Assembly (NCBI GenBank): GCA_002269645.1
Contig: NIVC01000530.1
Coordinates: 1-64,000 of the forward strand
DNA: 64,000 nucleotides
Source of the DNA: Macrostomum lignano
Lineage: Eukaryota
Reading direction: 5' to 3'
The position numbers and the translations under genes were made by a program. This document shows positions 20,799 through 31,000 of the stretch, one piece after another. Numbering within the stretch: position 1 is the first letter of the stretch; the number at the start of each line of letters is the position of its first letter. The notes under the pieces were generated by a model that saw only the letters and a program-made list of their open reading frames with translations, ran no database searches and was not told where the DNA came from.

Positions 20799-21180
20799 GG
20801 CTGCAGTTTACGGTCTTGCCCAGGACCAATCCCCGTGGCGAAATTCACCGCCCAATGGCTGCAGTTTTCTGTCGTGCCCAGGACAAGGGCTCCTTTCCTT
20901 CGCACTTCAGGCGTCTTGTGATTGCAGTTTAACGTCATGCCCATGACGTCGCTTTTCTATCTTCCTCTGACTTCTTTCGTCTCGTGGTTGCAGTTTAACG
21001 TCGTGCCAGGACGTCTTTTTTGTCGATTTCTGTCCTAGCGGTTGCAGTTTAACGTCTTGCCCAGGACGCATCATTAGTTAGTTTCTCTCCTAGCGGTTGC
21101 AGTTTAACGTCGTGCCCAGGACGCTTGCTCTAGTGAACTTCCTTTCCAGCGGCTGCAGTTTAACGTCGTGCCCAGGACGC
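20799..21180 (-). ncRNA. Array of seven 30-nt structured RNA motifs in the 3' UTR (coremin/xrRNA-like hairpins)
   Basis: Repeats start at 20799, 20857, 20920, 20986, 21040, 21095 and 21151, with 25-36-nt spacers. The stem shows covarying pairs. Function is inferred. Confidence 0.6.
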
Positions 21181-21770
21181 TTCAGACATTTCTAGCTGCA
21201 ACATGTGACATGTCGATCAGCTGTAAGTTAGACTTATTTTTGCGTCAAGCAGTGTTCTGACTCAAGCAATTTGAATAATATTTTTGTGTTTTTTTGAAGT
21301 TTTCAATTTTTTATGTTTTTATCGAATATTCACGCATGTCAGTTCTACTGCAAGACTGTTTTTAATAATTTTAATAATAATATTTATTCCTTAATAATTT
21401 TATCGCATAATAATAATTCCGAATATACTGGCTGATGGAACCACAGACGACTTCAATCTGGGCCCCTTTCGATTTCAATTTCTACTAGCAACTTTCAATT
21501 GTTTATACCTTCTATGGTCGTCTATGGTATTTCTCTTTCATTAGCGTCCTGGAATCTACCAGGTGTGGCAGCTCGAGCAGTTAGTCTTCAACTTCTGCAA
21601 CTGCAGTGTCAGCATCAGCACTTCCAAATCTTTATTGTAATTTCTATTGACTAATTTTCTCCGGTTCCATTTTCGTTCAACAAATTTCTCGCGTATGTCT
21701 CGACAAGTTACTATTAGTAATACAATTGAAATTTTCGTCTCGACAGTACTTTCGTTTCTATAGACTCCAT

Positions 21771-24700
21771 TCAATGATAACCGTATCGTTCCGGGGGTCT
21801 AATCGCCGCGCGGTTCCGCAGCCGCGGTATCCAGCTAACATTATTCATGCCTGCCCGCTGCGGGGGCGTACTGTGCACTGGGCTCAGATGCATTAAATTC
21901 GGTGGAGTGCGCACAGGAATCTGCCTGGCCTGAGACCCCGCAGGACTCGCCTGCGCCTGTTGGTTTGCATTGGCCGCTGTCTGAGTATTTTCCACTGTTC
22001 TATCTATATTACGTCCAGTAGCTTCGTGAGCTCTCTCACGTTGCAAAAATCTAATTCTCTCTGGCCTCTGAATCTCCACTTGGACTCTTTCTGACTCCTC
22101 CGAGCCGTCATCACTAGCACTTCCAGCTTCCTCTTCTCGATATTGACGCAACTTTTCTTCTGACAAGTAGCAGGGCTTTGTTCTGTCTACTGTCACTACG
22201 TCATGAATTCTGACGGGTTGCTCTATTCGGTCAACCTTTGGACCGGGTTCAATTTTTAAATTTTTTCCATTATTTCTTACTTCAAGCACTCGATACGGAC
22301 CTACCCATTTCCTATTCGTATCATAACAATTCTGCGTATTCGCTATCCAGACCAGGTCACCTGGCTGATAATACTGCTGGAATACTTTCGTGTCATAATT
22401 AGATTTCTGCCGCCTGACTGATATTTGCTGCTTTTCTCTGGCGATTCTATACGATTCCATGCACTTCTTATACAGATCATGTAAATGTTTATCACGGGTC
22501 TTGCGCTCCGGTGCAGGCAATCCGAGCTCAGCATCAACCGGTAGCCGCATCTTTCGACCATAGACTAATTCGAACGGGCTAAACTTATTACTTTCACTGA
22601 TTGTGCTTCGCTGAACCATCAAAGCGTGCGGAAGCACCTCATCCCATGCCAAACTGAGTTCACTCTGGGCTAATCTGATTCCATCTTTCACTACTCTGAC
22701 CATGCGCTCGCAGCGACCGTTTGCCTGCGGATGGTAGCTAGTAGTATGGCGCAAATCTATTCGGAAATTTTCGGTTAACGATTTCACTAATTCTGCAGTA
22801 AATGATGTACCTCTGTCTGATATGAATGCTTCAGGGGCACCATGCCGAGTGATCCACTCTGTGTACAGGGCCCAAGCTGTACTCTCAGCTGTACAATCTC
22901 TAAGCGCTTTCACCTCTAGCCAGCCCGTAAAGTGATCAACCATCAGCAGGAGGTACTTGTTCCCCCGTGCTGTGGCGTTGAACGGACCGGCGAAATCTAT
23001 ATGTACTTTCTCGCCCATGTAACTGCTGACTTCTGGTTCTAAAGGCGCTCGTGGCTTCGGCCCGTATTTCTTTCTTGTCTGGCACTCAGTACAAGTCTTA
23101 ATATATCTATCTAAGTTCGTTGAATAGTTTGGCCACCAAAATCTCTGTCGAATAAAATCTTTTGTCTTCGAAATACCGCCGTGAGCCATTTGATCGTGGT
23201 AAGCTCGAAACAACTGCTGCTCCAGGGCTTGATTTTCCGGCAGTACAATCTGCTCAAATTTTCGGCCTTCGGAATCTACCCAATTCCTGTAAATTATGTC
23301 ATTTTTCACTAATAGCTGCTCATAATCGCTAAATAAAGACTTATAACTGCGGCTCATTCCAACCCATTCATTTTTGGGCGGACAGGGCTCTCCCTGTCTG
23401 AGCTTTTGCTTGAGCAGCAGCAACTCTGGCTGGCTCTCCTGCAGTTCTACAATTCCCGCTGGCGTATCGATATTAATTGCACCGCAGTGGACTGTTGCTG
23501 TCTTCGTCGCACTGCAAGTGGGGCATTCCTCATGGTAGCGTTTCGGGGGACCATCCCGCTGAGGTCTGCGACTCAGGGCGTCTGCGTTACCATGGGCGAT
23601 CCCTTGGCGGTACTGAATTGCAAAGTCATATTCTTCCATTCTCGAGATTACTTCAAATTGATCAAACTGCTCAAGAATCATATTCCATCTGCCTAGCATG
23701 CCTTTTGCACCGTGGCACTTGCGTAGCCATTGGAGGGCCGCGTGGTCTGTCCTGACCTTGAAACGACGGCCGACCAGATAAGGCCGGTAATGTTCTAAGA
23801 AATATATCAGCGCAAACATTTCCTTCATCGTAGTGCAGTAATTCAACTGATGCTCATTCAACGGATGCGAAGCATAGGCTATCACTTTTTCTTCCCCATC
23901 TTGCTCTTGTAATAAATTTCCACCTATAGCTACGTCACAGGCGTCGACATCGAGGATGAACGGTCCCGCGTCGCTATCGAACCTGGGGTAGCTCAGTACA
24001 GGTGCGCTTACTAGCTTCTGCTTTAATAGATCGAATGCCTTCTGGCAACTGTCATCCCACTTATACTTGACTTCTTTTCTAGTTAAATTATTCAAGGGCT
24101 CACTTATTCGCGCAAAGTCTTTAATAAATCTGCGATAGTAGCCGGCTAAGCCTAAGAATCCGCGCAGCTCAGAGATATTCTCTGGCCGGGGCCATGTTTG
24201 GACTTTTTCTATCTTATCTTTGCTGGTATAGATACCGTGTTGACAGACGGTGTGCCCTAGGAGGGTGACTTCTTTCCGAAACAGAAAGGTCTTCTCTGGC
24301 TTGATTTTCATTCCAGCATCTGCTAATCGAGAGAAAATTAATTCTAAATTACTGAGCATTTCTTCGAAATTCTTGCCTGTGCAAATAACATCATCTAGGT
24401 AGAGTAAGGCAAACTTATAAGCGTAATCGCCTAAGATCTTCTGCATTATACGCTGAAAACAAGCGGGTCCGTTCGTGACTCCGAAAGGCAAAACTTTCCA
24501 CTGGAACAGGCCATCATGGGTTCGAAACGCTAATTTCTCGCGGTCAGTCTCTCTGACCTTCACTGACCAATAAGCGCCGACCATGTCTAGGGTGCTAAAG
24601 TACATGTTGCCTGCCAGGGATTCCAGCGATTCTTGAATTAGCGGTAACGGAAAACTGTCCTTCTTAGTCTTATTATTTAACTGTCTGAAATCACAGCAAA

Positions 24701-26552
24701 ATCTGAATTCTCCGGACTTCTTCCGGGCGAGAACAATAGGGCAACTCCACTCAGATTCTGAGGGCTCAATCAAATCGTGCTCTAATAGCTGCTGCACATG
24801 CCCGCTAACAAATTCTCGTTGCTCAGGGCTTTGCTTGCGCAGGGGAATTCTGACTGGAATTTCGTCGGTAGTCTCGATCTTGAATTCGCCCATCTGGGTC
24901 TTGCCGATGTCCCACTGATCCTTCGAAACTATATTTTGATAACGATGTAATAATTCAATTACTTTTCTCTTCTGAGCCTCACTTAAATCGGTCTCGTTTA
25001 AGCGGAATTGCTCCCTAAGTCTATCAGCTTCTTGCACCGTAATTGCTGCCTTCGATTGCTTCTGCGCACCTACTTCTAAATCAGTTTCTGACATTGCGAA
25101 AAGTTCTACTTCTTCCTTCAGCGGTTGATACTGCGCCACTACTTCATCCTTATGAATTGTCTGTGCCTCTTCTGTCAGGTTCATTAATCTAACGTAAGTT
25201 TCGCCGAATTCGTCCAATCTAGTAATAGCTTTGGCTACTAATGGCTCATCTTTCTCGCTAATTTGACTGCGGCCTGAAATGAAGCCGAGTTCTGCAGTTT
25301 CTGGAGTATCTTTACATTTAGCCTTGACATAAATTTCGCTCATCGGTGCTATAGATACTTTCTTGACTACTTGCAGTAGGACGCAACGCGTTTCATCACT
25401 CGTTGTTACAAGCGGAATTCTGCGATCACTAAATTCTAAGGATTTTCCTGCTATATCTAATTTAATTTTATGCCTAGTTAACAAGTCGATGCCTATTATT
25501 GATGATGTTAGTAAGCCTTCAGCAACATAGAATGGGTGCGTAATCTCGCAGTCCCCAAATCTGACGCGCAATGCTACTTGGCCTAATAAATTTGAAGTCT
25601 GGCCATTGGCGGATCGCATATTCACTGAGCATGGCTTCAGACTATGATTGGCTGGATAGAGGCGTTGATATAATTTATTATCAATTAGGCAATTTGAGGC
25701 GCCGGTATCAACTAATATTTTTTCGCTTAGTCCGTTAATCTGGCTATCGAGGAATAATCCTGAATTCACTAATTGGCTAGATATGTCTGCTTCTACGGTC
25801 TTCTCTCGCTTCTCTGTTGCTTTCTTTTCAGCTGCCACATCTCGCTGGATGGCTGTCTCTAACTTCCTTAATTCTTGCTTCATTTCCCTAAGTTCAGCTC
25901 TAAGTTCTGCTGTCGTGGCACTCTTGTCAGGTTCTTCTTTCGTTGATTCTTCTTGGACTTTCTCTACCAAGCATTGGCGCAAGTCCTTCAATTCGGTTCT
26001 TAGATCTGATAATTCTTTTACTACTTTCGGTTCGTCTGATGAAGCTTTCTTTCCTTCTACTTCACTAAGTCGCAAGTCTATGCTGTTTAATGCACTTCTC
26101 TGAGCTGCTGCAGCTTCGCTTCGTTTCTCTAATTCTTCTGTCAACGCCTCTGACTGTCTAGCTAAGCTCGCTGACTTCTGTTTGTCAATTTCTGCTAATC
26201 TGCGTTCCTCGTTTGAGCAAATTTTAACATTGACCGCTCTCTGTTTCCTACTATGAGTAGTATCGTTAGTGCGAATAAATTTTACTGTCGCCCTCTGGCG
26301 CAGAAAATGCATAATTTCGTAATCAGTTGCTATATTAGTATTAGTCACATGAAAGAAAATATCTCTATTATTGCTATCTCGCAGGAATCCGTAGCCTCTG
26401 TAATAATTATACCAAACTAAATTGCCATATTCTACATTGACTGAGCTGTCTTGCTGGTCCTCTACTGCTGCAGCTCTTCTATTGGGAGTGAATCGGTTTA
26501 GTGGCTGGGGGCGGTTGGCCCTCCCTTGGTGCCGCCCCGTCGGTAGTTTAAA
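21771..26552 (-). CDS. pol: Pol frame: cold-shock domain, coiled coil, aspartic protease, RT, RNase H, integrase with GPY/F-like tail
   Basis: The frame is stop-free from the slippery site at 26552. Motifs: LVDTGAS, YLDD, DHAALQWL, HDQMAHGG..CTEC (HHCC), HIDF..SDRG..CER (DDE), WVGPYRV. The CSD lies upstream of the ORF-track start at 26348. Confidence 0.95.
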   Translation of the reverse strand, partial: FKLPTGRHQGRANRPQPLNRFTPNRRAAAVEDQQDSSVNVEYGNLVWYNYYRGYGFLRDSNNRDIFFHVTNTNIATDYEIMHFLRQRATVKFIRTNDTTHSRKQRAVNVKICSNEERRLAEIDKQKSASLARQSEALTEELEKRSEAAAAQRSALNSIDLRLSEVEGKKASSDEPKVVKELSDLRTELKDLRQCLVEKVQEESTKEEPDKSATTAELRAELREMKQELRKLETAIQRDVAAEKKATEKREKTVEADISSQLVNSGLFLDSQINGLSEKILVDTGASNCLIDNKLYQRLYPANHSLKPCSVNMRSANGQTSNLLGQVALRVRFGDCEITHPFYVAEGLLTSSIIGIDLLTRHKIKLDIAGKSLEFSDRRIPLVTTSDETRCVLLQVVKKVSIAPMSEIYVKAKCKDTPETAELGFISGRSQISEKDEPLVAKAITRLDEFGETYVRLMNLTEEAQTIHKDEVVAQYQPLKEEVELFAMSETDLEVGAQKQSKAAITVQEADRLREQFRLNETDLSEAQKRKVIELLHRYQNIVSKDQWDIGKTQMGEFKIETTDEIPVRIPLRKQSPEQREFVSGHVQQLLEHDLIEPSESEWSCPIVLARKKSGEFRFCCDFRQLNNKTKKDSFPLPLIQESLESLAGNMYFSTLDMVGAYWSVKVRETDREKLAFRTHDGLFQWKVLPFGVTNGPACFQRIMQKILGDYAYKFALLYLDDVICTGKNFEEMLSNLELIFSRLADAGMKIKPEKTFLFRKEVTLLGHTVCQHGIYTSKDKIEKVQTWPRPENISELRGFLGLAGYYRRFIKDFARISEPLNNLTRKEVKYKWDDSCQKAFDLLKQKLVSAPVLSYPRFDSDAGPFILDVDACDVAIGGNLLQEQDGEEKVIAYASHPLNEHQLNYCTTMKEMFALIYFLEHYRPYLVGRRFKVRTDHAALQWLRKCHGAKGMLGRWNMILEQFDQFEVISRMEEYDFAIQYRQGIAHGNADALSRRPQRDGPPKRYHEECPTCSATKTATVHCGAINIDTPAGIVELQESQPELLLLKQKLRQGEPCPPKNEWVGMSRSYKSLFSDYEQLLVKNDIIYRNWVDSEGRKFEQIVLPENQALEQQLFRAYHDQMAHGGISKTKDFIRQRFWWPNYSTNLDRYIKTCTECQTRKKYGPKPRAPLEPEVSSYMGEKVHIDFAGPFNATARGNKYLLLMVDHFTGWLEVKALRDCTAESTAWALYTEWITRHGAPEAFISDRGTSFTAELVKSLTENFRIDLRHTTSYHPQANGRCERMVRVVKDGIRLAQSELSLAWDEVLPHALMVQRSTISESNKFSPFELVYGRKMRLPVDAELGLPAPERKTRDKHLHDLYKKCMESYRIAREKQQISVRRQKSNYDTKVFQQYYQPGDLVWIANTQNCYDTNRKWVGPYRVLEVRNNGKNLKIEPGPKVDRIEQPVRIHDVVTVDRTKPCYLSEEKLRQYREEEAGSASDDGSEESERVQVEIQRPERIRFLQRERAHEATGRNIDRTVENTQTAANANQQAQASPAGSQARQIPVRTPPNLMHLSPVHSTPPQRAGMNNVSWIPRLRNRAAIRPPERYGYH
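26226..26426 (-). CDS. Cold-shock domain (OB fold, 67 aa) at the N-terminus of the Pol frame
   Basis: GNLVWYNYYRGYGFLRDSNNRDIFFHVTNTNIATDYEIMHFLRQRATVKFIRTNDTTHSRKQRAVNV. It matches the CSD hallmarks G..W(F/Y)N, RNP1 (K/R)G(F/Y)GF, RNP2 D(V/I)F.H and terminal A.NV. Confidence 0.88.
26484..26552 (-). promoter_or_regulatory. -1 programmed ribosomal frameshift signal (gag to pol)
   Basis: U UUA AAC in the gag frame (26546-26552), a 7-nt spacer, then stem GGGGCGG/CCGCCCC. Loop GGGAG is complementary to downstream CUCCC. The pol frame is exactly -1 and opens just before the heptamer. Confidence 0.85.
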
Positions 26553-27996
26553 GAATTTCTTCTAGTTGGACAGTCTCTAGCCAGGTGAGTTTCTTCGCCG
26601 CACTCATAACAGGCCTTTCTCGCATTTGGCGCGTTCGCCCCCGAAGGTTTGAACCTGTCATTGGCCCCTCCGGCCTCGTAACCAAAGCGTGACGGGCGTG
26701 TCATGGCGGGCCTGACAAATGGCGAAGACTGCCTATTATAGGGTCTCGAGTAACTGCTCATGTGATGCTGTGGCCGAAAGCTATTCTGAGGCTGCACTGG
26801 TGCCTGTGGCCTATAGCTTGGGTTCATTTGTCTATGGGCAAACCTAGGTTGCCATTGTCGGCTGATTTTCCATGCAAGAATGGCATTCTTGCACTCTTTT
26901 GCGTGCAGGAATGGATGTCTATGGTAAAATCTCACTGAAAAAGCATTAGGCGCAGAAATGCATTCCTGCACGGTTTTGTGCATTCCTGCACGATGAATCA
27001 TCCGACAATGGAATTCCTTCACGTTCACTCGTGCGTGAAGGACATCGTGCACTCGTGCGCTAGCGCGCACTCGTGCAGATGTCATTCCCGCACTCGTGAC
27101 CGTGCAGGAATATATCATTGCCTGTAGTCGAACTGAGGCTGATGATTCTGGTACGATTGGTACTGCGAAGGATAGTTGCTCGGGGAAGCAAACTGAGGTC
27201 CAAATGACTGGTGGCCTTGCCCCGTGCTGGGTGCTGCTACAGGCGTCTCTTCCTTCCCTACTTGAGCCGTTAACGTATTTGAGCCCTCTTGCTTCCTTCT
27301 ATTCTTTTGGCTACCTGGGTTTGCGAGTTCTTCGAGGATCTCCTCATTCTTAGCTGCAGTCAATAAATCTTGAGTCTGATACTTCGATTCATGGGTTCTA
27401 CGATAGGCAATAACTGCGCGCCTGACTTTATAATTTGCTATGCCGGCTTCAAATCGTTCAGAAACTCGCTCTCGAGCCTGATTCTCTAGTCCTGCTTTCC
27501 TAACTAATTCAACTAGTGCGTCGTAAAATTCTTCTAATGATTCGTCTTCCTTCTGCTTGCGGTTCATCAGCTCTAGCTTCGCTTCTTCCTTCTGTCCTAC
27601 GGGCTTAAATTTGTCCTTTAAAGTCTTTTCGATGCTTTCGAAAGATTCGGTGCTCGCTAGGCCTAAGTTAATGTAAACCTTGTAGGCGTCTTCGTCTAGG
27701 AGCGACAATAGTTGATACACTTTAGCCGATTCGTCTATACTGTTGCCTTGACAGTAGTTGTTGAAGATTCTTAGAAACAATTCGAAATCTGAGCCAAGTC
27801 GGTATGGCTTGGGCTTTGCTACGCTGTTATGCGACTTCAAAATCACTCTAGGTTCGGGATTTTCGGTTTCCATTCTTCTTATGCGATCCTGCAGTTCTCT
27901 CACTACTGTTCTCAAATGTTCGGCCTCATCTATTTCGCCTTCGTTCCTAATCTCAGCTGACTCCGATTCTTGACTATTTTCTCCGTCCTGCGCCAT
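26498..27996 (-). CDS. gag: Gag (capsid-like region plus CCHC knuckle), interrupted by a 258-bp insertion
   Basis: Retrotransposon gag-like region (KQKEDESLEEFY) in 27115-27996 and CYECGEETHLARDC in 26498-27118. Removing the insert and one CAATG copy restores the in-frame reading DYRQWQPRF. Confidence 0.88.
26858..27115. mobile_element. 258-bp palindrome-rich insertion (MITE-like) with a 5-bp TSD
   Basis: CATTG at 26853-26857 and 27116-27120, with multiple internal inverted repeats. Confidence 0.7.
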
Positions 27997-28013
27997 TGCT
28001 AAGTTTCAACCAA

Positions 28014-31000
28014 TCCCATATACTAAAAATGAAAATCTTGCTTGCTTGTAATCGATTAGAGAAAAAATGGCTTAACCGATTTTCATGAGACTTGCACTGT
28101 TCGATCAGAAATTTTCCCGTGACGGTACATGCATCTTGGCTAAGAAATTGCTCCATGTTAAAGCGATTAAATATTCGAAAAACATGCTTTTTTGCAAAGG
28201 TCAAGCAAACTTTTCGACTTGAAATGCATTGTAAGAATGCTAGAGAAAAAACTGACTGGTTGAATTCTGATTCTGAAATAGATTACATCATAACTGAATT
28301 GTAACTCCGACTTGAATTGCGTCACAGTATTGAAAATGCAGTGTGGAAGCGTAGCACCAGACTTTATTTAGATTGCGCAACAATATTGTTAACTGATACT
28401 GACTGACTGAGAAATTGATTATGTAATAACTGCCTCGTGTGATTTACTCTATGCTTGGAGTTTTGAAACTTATAATTATAAGTGCTGAATTCATGTTATC
28501 AAAACGATGAGAGCTAGCCTAGAGGTAAACAGACTGAACTGCTAAATGCAGAAACGATGGTTCGAATTTTTAGAGAGTAGAGTTTTTTTAATTAAAGCTT
28601 TTTAACGCCAGGAAAACTAAAAAAATCATAAAAGCGTCATGTAAAAAATCATAGAAGCGTCATGTAAAAAGCATAGAAGTGTCATGTAAAAAATCGTGGA
28701 AGCATCATGTAAAAAGCATAGAAGCGTCATGTAAAAAATCATAGAAGCGTCATGTAAACAATCATAGAAGCGTCATGTAAACAATCATAGAAGCGTCATG
28801 TAAACAATCATAGAAGCGTCATGTAAAAAATCGTAGAAGCGTCATGAAAAAATCATTAAAGCGTCATGTAAAAATCATAGAAGAGTCATGTAAAAAATCA
28901 TAGAAGCATCGTGTAAACAATCATAGAAGCGTCATGTAAAAAATCGTAAGAGCGTAATATAAAAATCATAGAAGCGTCATTTAAAAAATCATAGAGGCGT
29001 CATATAAAAATCAAAAAAACGTCATTTAAAAAATCATAGAAGCGTCATGTAAACAATCATAGAAGCGTCATGTAAACAATCATAGAAGCGTCATGTAAAA
29101 AATCATAGAAGCGTCATGTAAACAATCATGGAAGCGTCATGTAAACAATCATAGAAGCGTAATGTAAAAATCATAGTAGCGTCATGTAAAAAATCATAGA
29201 AGCGTCATGTAAAAAGCATAGAAGCGTCATGTAAAAAATCATAGAAGCGTCATGTAAACAATCATAGAAGCGTCATGTAAAAATCATAGAGGTGTCATGT
29301 AAAAATCATTGAAGCGTCCTGCAGAAATCGTAGAAGCGTCATGAAATAATCATAGAAGCGTCATGTAAAAAATCAAAGAAGCGTCATGTAAAAAATCATA
29401 GAAGCGTCATGTAAAAAATCATAGAAGCATCGTGTAAACAATCATAGAAGCGTCATGTAAAAAATCATAGAAGCGTCATGTAAAAAATCGTAGAAGCGTC
29501 ATTTAAAAAATCATAGAAGCGTCATGTAAACAATCATAGAAGCGTCATGTAAAAAATCATAGAAGCGTCATGTAAAAAATCATAGAAGCGTCATGTAAAA
29601 AATCATAAAAGCGTCATGTAAAAAATCATAGAAGCATCGTGTAAACAATCATAGAAGCGTCATGTAAAAAATCATAGAAGCGTCATGTAAAAAATCATAG
29701 AAGCGTCATCTAAAACATCATAAAAGCGTCATGTAAAAAATCGTAGAAGCGTCATTTAAAAAATCATAGAAGCGTCATATAAACAATCATAGAAGCGTCA
29801 TGTAAACAATCATAGAAGCGCCATGTAAACAATCATAGAAGCGCCATGTAAACAATCATAGAAGCTTCATGTAAACAATCATAGAAGCGTCATGTAAACA
29901 ATCATAGAAGAGTCATGTAAAAAATCATAGAAGCGTCATGTAAAAAATAATAGAAGCGTCGTGTAAACAATCATAGAAGCGTCATGTAAACAATCAGAGA
30001 AGCGTCATGTAAAAAATCATAAAAGAGTCATGTAAAAAATCGTAGAAGCGTCATATAAAAATCATAGAAGCGTCATTTAAAAAATCATAGAAGCGTCATG
30101 TAAACAATCATAGAAGCGTCATGTAAACAATCATAGAAGCGTCATGTAAACAATCATGGAAGCGTCATGTAAGAAATCATAGAAGCGTCATGTAAAAAAT
30201 CGTAGAAGTGTCATGTAAAAAATCGTGGAAGCATCATGTAAAAAGCATAGAAGTGTCATGTAAAAAATCATAGAAGCGTCATGTAAACAATCATAGAAGC
30301 GTCATGTAAACAATCATAGAAGCGTCATGTAAACAATCATAGAAGCTTCATGTAAAAAATCGTAGAAGCGTCATGAAAAAATCATTAAAGCGTCATGTAA
30401 AAATCATAGAAGCGTCATGTAAAAAATCATAGAAGCATCGTGTAAACAATCATAGAAGCGTCATGTAAAAAATCGTAAGAGCGTAATATAAAAATCATAG
30501 AAGCGTCATTTAAAAAATCATAGAGGCGTCATATAAAAATCAAAAAAACGTCATTTAAAAAATCATAGAAGCGTCATGTAAACAATCATAGAAGCGTCAT
30601 GTAAACAATCATAGAAGCGTCATGTAAAAAATCATAGAAGCGTCATGTAAACAATCATGGAAGCGTCATGTAAACAATCATAGAAGAGTCATGTAAAAAA
30701 TCATAGAAGCGTCATGTAAAAAGCATAGAAGCGTCATATAAACAATCATAGAAGCGTCATATAAAAAATCATAGAAGCGTCATGTAAAAATCATAGAAGC
30801 GTCATGTAAAAAATCATAGAAGCGTCATGTAAAAAATCATAGAAGCGTCATGTAAAAATCATAAAAGCATCGTGTAAACAATCATAGAAGCGTCATGTAA
30901 AAAATCATAGAAGCGTCATGTAAAAAATCATAGAAGCGTCATATAAACAATCATAGAAGCGTCATGTAAACAATTATAGAAGCGTCATGTAAAAATCATA

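Noticed and set aside
20799-21180. True CRISPR array
   Set aside because: Eukaryotic retroelement context with no cas genes. The spacers are partly related to each other, and the repeats covary like an RNA structure.
20799-21180. Coding repeat PG(H/Q)D(V/R)KLQP as an accessory ORF
   Set aside because: Periods of 58, 63, 66, 54, 55 and 56 break frame, and an in-frame TGA occurs. The apparent synonymous changes are explained by stem covariation.
20799-21180. Pistol ribozyme (hairpin followed by ACGUUAAA)
   Set aside because: No contiguous downstream complement to the loop and no P2/P3 elements are visible.
26858-27115. gag insertion as a spliceosomal (U2 or U12) intron
   Set aside because: No boundary register gives GT-AG, GC-AG or AT-AC while restoring the frame.
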